A DNA stretch of 64,000 nucleotides, from assembly GCA_021732845.1 (NCBI GenBank), contig JAKFUF010000003.1:1-64000 (forward strand), written 5' to 3'. Positions within the stretch are counted from its first letter, which is position 1, and each line of letters starts with the position of its first letter. Under the pieces are notes generated by a model that did not search any database, was not told the DNA's origin, and saw only the letters and a program-made list of their open reading frames with translations. Below are positions 57,248 through 64,000 of the stretch, piece by piece. The translations under genes were made by a program, and so were the position numbers. Source of the stretch: Planctomycetaceae bacterium. Lineage in GTDB: Bacteria; Planctomycetota; Planctomycetia; Planctomycetales; Planctomycetaceae.

Positions 57248-57670
57248 TCACCCACTGGCAGCGAGTTCCGCCATTCGCTGGGCATTGCCGACGAGACGGT
57301 CCCAGTTCTCGTTGACGTATGCCGGAGGACCGCCCTTCGCGGCGACATATTGCGCAACCTGGACCGTGGGAATGAGTTCGATTGCGTCCCAAGGGCAAAC
57401 CGTCAGGATGTACGGATCGCTTTTCTTGGACGGCAGCTTGATGCAGACTTCGCAGCCCACACAGCGTTCGACATCGATTTCGCAAAACGACTGCAGCACG
57501 GAGATTGTGTCGCCGGGCACCTTGCGAATGCAGTCGACCGGACACACTTCGAGGCAGGATTCGCAACCGGTGCAGTTGTCGGCGTTGATGACCGCCACTT
57601 CCTTCGGCAGCTTCTTGCGTGAACCGGCTTTGGCCATTGGTCGCTCAATTTGGGTTCTATCAAATGCCAC
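57248..57670 (-). CDS. 4Fe-4S dicluster ferredoxin (start possibly at 57637)
   Basis: CTGCESCLEVCP and CVGCEVC...CPWDAIE motifs. Confidence 0.75.
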   Translation of the reverse strand: MAFDRTQIERPMAKAGSRKKLPKEVAVINADNCTGCESCLEVCPVDCIRKVPGDTISVLQSFCEIDVERCVGCEVCIKLPSKKSDPYILTVCPWDAIELIPTVQVAQYVAAKGGPPAYVNENWDRLVGNAQRMAELAASG

Positions 57671-57894
57671 CCAATCGGGCGGTCAAAGTCACTGAGTGCT
57701 TCAATTCTAGTCGTTCATCCGGCAAACGCCAACGTAGGGAATTCCGGGAATTCTCCACCAATCGCAAAAATTCCACTTGTCGGGAATCGCTGGAATTTCC
57801 GTGTCAGCAAACCAAAGAAGACCGCAATCGATGGCAAATACGCCTCGCTTGCGGTCTCCTCAACTGCGCTTGTGCCACGACCGGATTGAGGGGC

Positions 57895-58410
57895 CTACTT
57901 GTCTTTCTTCTTCTTGGCCAACTTCTTGGCTTCGGCAACCTTCGCCTTTTGTTCGTCAGTCAGCAGGGCCAGGATCTTCTCGTCGATCCCCTTGCGAACT
58001 TCCGCCTGAGCTTTCTCCGCGGTGTCGAGCGACTTCATTTGTTCGTCTGTCAGCTTCATGGCGGCCATGACGGCGGCCCGGGCTTCTTTTCCCTTCAAAC
58101 CGGCGTCTTTGTTGGCCTTGGTGGTGTCCCGGCGAATCTGGCGCTGCTCGGGGGTCAGCACCGTCGCCACGGCCTTCTGGGCTTCCGTCAGTTTCGGACC
58201 CAGTTCCGTGCGCAGAGCGGCCAGTTTGGTCTTCTGCTCTTCCGAGGGTTCCACCACCTTGGGGAACATGAAGACCGTATCCAGCGCCTCAGCCTGCTTT
58301 TTAGCGGCTCCCTTGGCGGCCTTATCCGCCTTCTTCGCGTCTTCTGCATGCACGGGAGCGGCGAGAACCAGCATGGCAACGGTGGCCAGCGCAAAACGAA
58401 TGACAGACAT
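57895..58410 (-). CDS. Spy/CpxP-family periplasmic protein (LTXXQ motifs)
   Basis: Signal peptide MSVIRFALATVAMLVLAAPVHA; LTPEQRQ and LTDEQMK/LTDEQKA repeats; Lys/Ala-rich. Confidence 0.65.
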   Translation of the reverse strand: MSVIRFALATVAMLVLAAPVHAEDAKKADKAAKGAAKKQAEALDTVFMFPKVVEPSEEQKTKLAALRTELGPKLTEAQKAVATVLTPEQRQIRRDTTKANKDAGLKGKEARAAVMAAMKLTDEQMKSLDTAEKAQAEVRKGIDEKILALLTDEQKAKVAEAKKLAKKKKDK

Positions 58411-58684
58411 CGAAAACTCCAAGAAAGTCGGGATCGGTGAGGGCGGTGGCTCAGAATGAGCGGGATTTCCAATAAGACGCACCTCCTCCTCCGATTATTC
58501 AACTGAGTTTCGGGGATTCTTGCTGTCAGCCCGGCAACGCCTCAAGTCCCATCGAACAGGCCCGATGTGAAACTCTGCGGGCGGCATCAACTGCAGGCAT
58601 GGGGCGAATCGCGCATGGCCGATACTTCCTTCGCCACGGTTGGCTTTTCATCTCTGAAACATTTGTCCACACCAGGAGATCCAC

Positions 58685-59857
58685 ATGGGTTTTCTCGCGG
58701 GCCGCATGACATTCGAACGATTTCAACTTGAGGAATCGACGCGGCAATTCGGAGAAGAGCATGTGCAACTGCTTCAAAAATTCGCCATCGGCCAGGTCGA
58801 AACCGCTTCGCCGGATGCCCCCACGATTGGCTTCCTCGCCGGCAAGCACCTGTTCGACACCGATTTCTCGCTCGAAAAAAATGTGATCGACAGTGCCCTG
58901 CACGGGGCTCTGAGAATCGACACGAACAAGGTCGACGGACCGCTCCAAAAGGCGTGGCTCGAAATGGAACTGGCGGCCATGGCCGCCGAATGCGACACCG
59001 GCCGCGTGACCCGCGCCCAACGTCAGCAAGCCAAAGAGACGGTCAAGGCTCGCTGCGAAGAGGAGATCGCCACCGGCCGGTTTAAGCGGATGGCCCAGAC
59101 ACCCTTCCTCTGGGATGCCCAGGAGCAAACGTTCTACTGCGGCAGTGCTGGCACGCACGAACATTTCCGCTCGCTGTTCAAAGAGGCCTTCGGCTTGGAA
59201 TTCACCCGCGTGACCGCCGGAGTACTCGCCGAGCAAATCGCCGCGGAACAGGGATGGACCAAAACCCTCGATAACCTCACTCCCGCCCGCTTCGGCCAGA
59301 ACGAAGCCCCCGAGACTGTCGCGTGGCTCATGCAGCAACCGGAGAGCGCCGACTACCTCGGCAACGAATTCCTGCTGTGGCTCTGGTGGCATCTGGCGGA
59401 GAAGGCCGAAGAGATCACCCTGGTGGATGACACCGTCGTCACGGCAATGCTCAGCAAGTCATTGCAGTTGGAGTGTCCGCGCGGCGAGTCAGGCAAGGAA
59501 AGCATCTCGGCCGACGCTCCCACTCGGCTGCCGGAGGCCCTTGAAGCCGTGCAGGCCGGGAAACTTCCACGAAAGACCGGGATCACCCTGGTCCGCGAAG
59601 GAGAAACCTACGCCTTCACCCTCCAAGCCGAATCGCTGGCCGTCAGCGGTGCCGCCATTGAAGGCGAAGACAGCGACAAGGGCCGTGGTGCCTTGGAAGA
59701 GCGTGTTGCCGCCATCCGTCGTCTGTCGCAAACCCTCGACCTCCTGTTCGAAACCTTCTGCAGCCGCCGCCTGCAGCGAGTCTGGAATGAAGACCTGACC
59801 CAAATCCAGTCGTGGCTGCAAACCGACCGCCGCCCGAAGGCCCGCCGTGCGGGGTAG
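58685..59857 (+). CDS. RdgC-like recombination-associated protein (tentative)
   Basis: Length and pattern similarity to RdgC (MGFLAGRMTFERFQL N-terminus ~ MLWFKNLMVYRL; FKRMAQTPFLWDAQ ~ FSRFSQTMMWIDTV). Low-identity call. Confidence 0.45.
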   Translation: MGFLAGRMTFERFQLEESTRQFGEEHVQLLQKFAIGQVETASPDAPTIGFLAGKHLFDTDFSLEKNVIDSALHGALRIDTNKVDGPLQKAWLEMELAAMAAECDTGRVTRAQRQQAKETVKARCEEEIATGRFKRMAQTPFLWDAQEQTFYCGSAGTHEHFRSLFKEAFGLEFTRVTAGVLAEQIAAEQGWTKTLDNLTPARFGQNEAPETVAWLMQQPESADYLGNEFLLWLWWHLAEKAEEITLVDDTVVTAMLSKSLQLECPRGESGKESISADAPTRLPEALEAVQAGKLPRKTGITLVREGETYAFTLQAESLAVSGAAIEGEDSDKGRGALEERVAAIRRLSQTLDLLFETFCSRRLQRVWNEDLTQIQSWLQTDRRPKARRAG

Positions 59858-60006
59858 TCGAAGTTGCCCAGTCAATCCGCGACTCGCTTTCAGTCGCGGA
59901 ATGACTGGTGTCCCCTGCGGCTTTTGAGATGCCGGCATGCACCTGCTATTGTAGCTCCATCGATCCGGCATCGTGCCGGGCTTCCATTCGCTGCCGGTTT
60001 CACCCA

Positions 60007-60402
60007 ATGTCCGCCGATTTTCGCGCGCTGCTGGAAACTTTTGAAAATCAGTTTCCCCAGCGCGATTACGTCATCGAAACGATCTGCCCTGAGTTTACCT
60101 CAATGTGTCCCAAGACCGGCCAGCCGGATTTTGGGGAGCTGACGCTGACCTACACGCCCGACAAGGTGTGCATCGAGCTGAAGTCGCTCAAGCTGTATCT
60201 GCATCAGTTTCGCAACCACGGCGCGTTTTACGAACACGTCACAAACCTGATTCTGGATGATCTGGTCGCGGTCTCGCAGCCCCGGCAGATGAAATTGGTG
60301 GCCGCCTTCACGCCCCGCGGTGGGATTCGGACGAAGGTGACGGCTGAATACACCGGAGAAGCGAGCCACGGGCGGGCGGTGGGGTTTGGCGCGGGCAGAT
60401 AG
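60007..60402 (+). CDS. queF: NADPH-dependent 7-cyano-7-deazaguanine reductase (type I QueF)
   Basis: [17 protein letters not shown] (catalytic Cys) and ELKSLKLYL QueF motif. Confidence 0.9.
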   Translation: MSADFRALLETFENQFPQRDYVIETICPEFTSMCPKTGQPDFGELTLTYTPDKVCIELKSLKLYLHQFRNHGAFYEHVTNLILDDLVAVSQPRQMKLVAAFTPRGGIRTKVTAEYTGEASHGRAVGFGAGR

Positions 60403-60512
60403 GGCGGCAGACATTTCGTTCCGCCTTTGCCCGGCGCGAAGCATGCCACGCCATTCGCGAAGCCGCGTCTCTGCGTCAGACATCGAACAAGCACCTTCAA
60501 GACTGTACAACC

Positions 60513-61589
60513 ATGACATTATTTCGCCCCAATATTGACCGCATGGCCGGCTACATGCCGGGAGAGCAACCCCAGGATGGCGGCTGGGTCAAGCTCAACA
60601 CGAACGAAAACCCCTATCCGCCGTCACCCCGCGTGGTCGATGCGCTGGCGGAGGCGATTCGCGGTCCGCTCAATTTGTACCCTGACCCCCTCGGGACCAA
60701 ATTCCGTGAAGCTGCGGCGAAGCAACTCGGCCTTGAGCCCGACTGGGTTTTGCCGGCCAACGGCAGCGATGAGAATCTCACCCTGATCCTGCGGGCCTTC
60801 GTCGACACCGGTGACATCGTCGCCTATCCGTATCCCAGCTACATCCTGTACGAAACGCTGGCCGAGATTCAGGGCGGGGAGTTTCGCCGACTGTTGCTCA
60901 AGCCCGACTGGTCGTGGGATCACGCGGCGATTCGGGACACAATTCAAAATGCCCGCCTGGTGCTGATCCCCAACCCCAACTCACCATCAGGGAACCTCTG
61001 GCGCACGGAAGATCTGTTGAAACTTGTGCCACCGCGCGGGGTGCTGGTGGTGGACGAAGCCTACGCCGATTTCAGTGATGCCTCGCGCGATGCCGGACTG
61101 CTGCAGCAACCGGGTGGCGAGCGGATCATCATCACGCGGACCTTCAGCAAGTCTTACAGTCTGGCCGGTGTCCGGTTCGGCTTCGCCCTGGCTCATCCCG
61201 ATCTCATTGCTGGCATGCGGAAGGTCAAGGACAGCTACAACTGCGACCGGCTGTCGCTGGCGGCCGCCACCGCAGCCCTGGATGACCAGGCGTGGATGCA
61301 GGCGAACGCCGAACGCGTTCGTGGCACGCGCACGCGGCTTTCGGACGCGTTGAAAACATTGGGCTTCGCGGTCGTCCCCAGTCAGTCCAATTTCGTGTGG
61401 TGTACGCACTCGACCCGCGAGAACAAGTCGCTGTACGAGACCCTCAAATCACGCAAGATCCTCGTCCGTTACATGGCGTTCCGCAACGTCCCGTACGCGC
61501 AGGACGAGACGTTAACGGGGCTGCGAATCAGCGTCGGGACCGACGCCGAGATCGATGCGCTCCTCGCGGCCCTGAAGTCGATTGTCTGA
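60513..61589 (+). CDS. hisC: histidinol-phosphate aminotransferase
   Basis: YPDPLGTKFREAAA; LVVDEAY; TFSKSYSLAGVRFG (PLP-Lys). Confidence 0.9.
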   Translation: MTLFRPNIDRMAGYMPGEQPQDGGWVKLNTNENPYPPSPRVVDALAEAIRGPLNLYPDPLGTKFREAAAKQLGLEPDWVLPANGSDENLTLILRAFVDTGDIVAYPYPSYILYETLAEIQGGEFRRLLLKPDWSWDHAAIRDTIQNARLVLIPNPNSPSGNLWRTEDLLKLVPPRGVLVVDEAYADFSDASRDAGLLQQPGGERIIITRTFSKSYSLAGVRFGFALAHPDLIAGMRKVKDSYNCDRLSLAAATAALDDQAWMQANAERVRGTRTRLSDALKTLGFAVVPSQSNFVWCTHSTRENKSLYETLKSRKILVRYMAFRNVPYAQDETLTGLRISVGTDAEIDALLAALKSIV

Positions 61590-63407
61590 GGCGTCGGCAA
61601 TGCTCAGCGGCAGCCCAGCACGTGGCAGCACCTCGGTCGCTGAGATTTCGCCATCGGTTGTGAGTGCGTGTTCGGCCGGACCGCCGAGCACATCCGACTG
61701 AAAGCGGTCGCGCTCCCGGTCAATCTGCTCGTCGGTGGCACCCATCCGCCGCAGGACCGCTTCAATCAGCGTGAGGGCGACTTCGCCTTCGCCGGAAAAC
61801 ACACTGGTGGCTCCGGCCTGCCGCAGCGCCGAAATCTCGTGGACATAGTTCGACCGCGCCAGAACGCGGATTTTTGAGTTCAGTTCCCGCGCCATCCGGA
61901 TGACCGCTTCGCTGTGCTGCATGCCAGCGGAACTCAAGATCAGCGTCCCGGACTCCGCGATGCCAGCATTGATGAGCGTGTCCCTCTGGCTGGCGTCGCC
62001 ATAAATCGCCGGAATGCCAGAGTCGCGCAGGCGGCGAACCGTTTCCAGGTTCAGTTCAATGACCGTGGCATCAATCTCGTTCTCCTGCAACAGGCGGATC
62101 AGTGTCCGCCCCACCGGGCCGTACCCGACGACAATCGCCCGGTAGCGCGGCGAACCGTCGTCCTCGGAGTCGCTGTGCGTAATTTTGGTGGTGAGATCGG
62201 CTTTAAACAGCACCCGCAGCCGTGGCTGCCGCATGACCCAGGCATGCAGCGGATCCATCAGGCGATACAGGAGCGGGTTGATGGTGATCGACAAGATGGA
62301 CGAAGCCACGAGCACCGTGGTGGCTTCCTTCGGAAGAATGTGCAGATGCTCACCCATCTTGGCCAGGATGAAGGAGAATTCTCCGATTTGTGCCAGCGCC
62401 ACAGAGACCGAAAGGGCGACTTTCAGCGGATAACGCAGAAACAGCACGATACCGAAGGCGGCCAGTGGCTTGCCGATGACGATCACTGCCAAAGCGGCGA
62501 GAACCAACCCCGGCGACTTGATGATGCCCAGCGGATCAAACAGCATCCCCACTGATACAAAGAACAACACGGCGAAGGCGTCGCGCATGGGCAACGCCTC
62601 CGAAGCCGCGCGCAGGCTGAACTCGGAACGGCCGACCACCATCCCTGCCAGAAACGCGCCCAGCGCCATCGAGACGCCGAAGACGGTGGCGGAGCCCACC
62701 GCAATCCCAAGGGCGATCACCAGGACCGTGAGCGTGAACAACTCGCGCGAGCGGGTGGCGGCAATATGCTCCAGAATGCGCGGAATCACCTTGCCGCCGA
62801 TGAGCAGCGTGAAGGCCACCAGCGTGATGATCTTGAAGCCGGCAAAGGCCAGGACCAGGGGCAGGGGCCAGGCACCAGCCTCTTTCGGCCCGAACAGCGG
62901 CGGCAGCAGCACCAGGACCAGCACGGTGAACAGGTCTTCCACCACCAACCAGCCGACGGCGATATGCCCGCTGGCGGTGTGCAGGTCGCGGTTGTCGGCC
63001 AGTACCCGCAGCAGTACAACCGTACTGGCGACCGAGATTGCCAACCCGAAGACCAGCCCCGCCTTCCAATCCCAGCCGAAGAAGTAGCCCAGGACCAATC
63101 CGAGGGCGGTGGCGAACAGGCTCTGACCGATGGCTCCAGGGATTGCCACGCGGCGGACGGCCAGCAACTCTTCCAAGTGGAAATGCAGCCCGACGCCGAA
63201 CATCAGCAGAATGACGCCGATCTCCGCCAGTTGCTGGGCCAGATCGACATCCGCGACGACACCCGGAGTGAACGGTCCGACGGCAATTCCCGCGAGGAGA
63301 TAGCCCACGATCGGCGACAGTCCGATTCGATGCGTGATGTAACCCAGGCACAACGCCGCCGCGAGGCCGCTGGAAAGCGTGAGAATGAGGTCGAAATCAC
63401 CATGCAT
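61512..63407 (-). CDS. CPA2-family monovalent cation:proton antiporter (Kef-type) with C-terminal RCK/TrkA-N domain
   Basis: GLSPIVGYLLAGIAVGP; 12-13 TM helices; IVVGYGPVGRTL Rossmann motif of the RCK domain. Confidence 0.85.
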   Translation of the reverse strand: MHGDFDLILTLSSGLAAALCLGYITHRIGLSPIVGYLLAGIAVGPFTPGVVADVDLAQQLAEIGVILLMFGVGLHFHLEELLAVRRVAIPGAIGQSLFATALGLVLGYFFGWDWKAGLVFGLAISVASTVVLLRVLADNRDLHTASGHIAVGWLVVEDLFTVLVLVLLPPLFGPKEAGAWPLPLVLAFAGFKIITLVAFTLLIGGKVIPRILEHIAATRSRELFTLTVLVIALGIAVGSATVFGVSMALGAFLAGMVVGRSEFSLRAASEALPMRDAFAVLFFVSVGMLFDPLGIIKSPGLVLAALAVIVIGKPLAAFGIVLFLRYPLKVALSVSVALAQIGEFSFILAKMGEHLHILPKEATTVLVASSILSITINPLLYRLMDPLHAWVMRQPRLRVLFKADLTTKITHSDSEDDGSPRYRAIVVGYGPVGRTLIRLLQENEIDATVIELNLETVRRLRDSGIPAIYGDASQRDTLINAGIAESGTLILSSAGMQHSEAVIRMARELNSKIRVLARSNYVHEISALRQAGATSVFSGEGEVALTLIEAVLRRMGATDEQIDRERDRFQSDVLGGPAEHALTTDGEISATEVLPRAGLPLSIADASDNRLQGREERIDLGVGPDADSQPR

Positions 63408-63746
63408 CGTGCGATTTTTTCCATCCGTGAAGGGGTGGCTGCCACGCGGGGGCAATCGCCGCGGACTGTCACCAAGCACCCTCCCTGGTTGCGTTGATTT
63501 TTAAGGGACCGTCATAAGTGTATGCGGCAGAGCGTGCGGTTTGAAGCGGTATTCGATCTTTGGCCGCAGCAAAACCGGCGACGATTGCGAGCCTGTCGAT
63601 GACTTCATGAGAAGACACATCCTGGACGGGCTGACAAAAATAAAGCGGCGCAACCCCCGCGCTCCGCGCGCTCCACTCTCTACAGTGAAGCCCTCTTTGG
63701 GTAGTATTGATCACTCCGTTCACATTCGTGATGCCGGGAGTCTCGC

Positions 63747-64000
63747 CATGTACACTTCGCGACGACGCCAGCGCTCAGTTCCGCATGAATGCCGCCAGGC
63801 CCTGACATTGATTGAGTTGCTGGTTTGCCTGGCGATCATCGCGGTTGTGGTCGCCCTGCTGCTCCCCGTCACACGGACACGCGAACCCGCCCGGCGCTCG
63901 CAATGCCGGAACAATCTCAAGCAGATCGGCCTCGCCCTACACAACTATCATGACACTCATGGCAGCTTTCCTCCGGCTTACACGGTCGACAGTTATGGCA
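63747..64000 (+). CDS. DUF1559 protein with prepilin-type N-terminal cleavage/methylation motif (partial, runs off window)
   Basis: [24 protein letters not shown] (type IV pilin-like N-terminus) then [26 protein letters not shown] (start of the H-X9-DG region). Confidence 0.8.

Noticed and set aside
61512-61589. 78-nt convergent overlap between the hisC 3' end and the Kef antiporter 3' end.
   Set aside because: It could indicate a mis-called stop, but both C-termini read plausibly. Convergent overlaps occur in GC-rich genomes. Not pursued.

Overview
This 64-kb window is a high-GC (about 60-65%), gene-dense bacterial chromosomal segment with strong Planctomycetota hallmarks. These are two DUF1559 H-X9-DG proteins (one with a prepilin-type N-terminus), a PSCyt2/PSD1 (DUF1549/DUF1553) protein next to a PPC-domain protein, a DUF1080 protein, and a TIGR02603/TIGR02604-type CxxCH heme-binding dehydrogenase-like protein. 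The core content is a complete F1Fo ATP synthase operon (atpZ-atpI-atpBEFHAGDC, minus strand), an mreB-mreC-mreD-PBP2 cell-shape cluster, and housekeeping genes (gmhA/gmhB, a MraY/WecA-like GT4, rlmI, aroH, queF, hisC, a Kef-type antiporter, ferredoxins, rhomboid, SDR, ALDH). In raw ORF calls, long antisense ORFs shadow almost every real gene; this is a GC artefact. The accessory-looking content is listed below. (1) A Septu-like PtuA(AAA ATPase)/PtuB(HNH) two-gene defence candidate, translationally coupled by ATGA overlap, in a lower-GC patch. (2) A YhcG/DUF1016 PD-(D/E)XK nuclease gene inserted between mreD and PBP2, carrying a locally restricted family of four 29-bp CAATTG-N17-CAATTG palindromes (two inside the CDS, two degenerate upstream) whose stems show compensatory substitutions. 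(3) An AT-rich islet with a near-consensus promoter and two small genes (unknown protein plus N-unknown/C-terminal XRE-HTH protein) diverging from a SNF2 helicase operon that is itself coupled to an unknown 181-aa gene. (4) A 1.4-kb noncoding stretch with two tandem-repeat arrays (18 bp x ~9; ~80 bp x 5, hairpin-containing). (5) Several families of intergenic nested palindromic MITE/REP-like elements (TTTCAAATCTCAGATTT type, TCGAAAATCGAAAAT type, AATGACC heptamer arrays). No rRNA, tRNA or CRISPR array was found. Start codons are inferred from ORF arithmetic and motif alignment and are approximate where noted.
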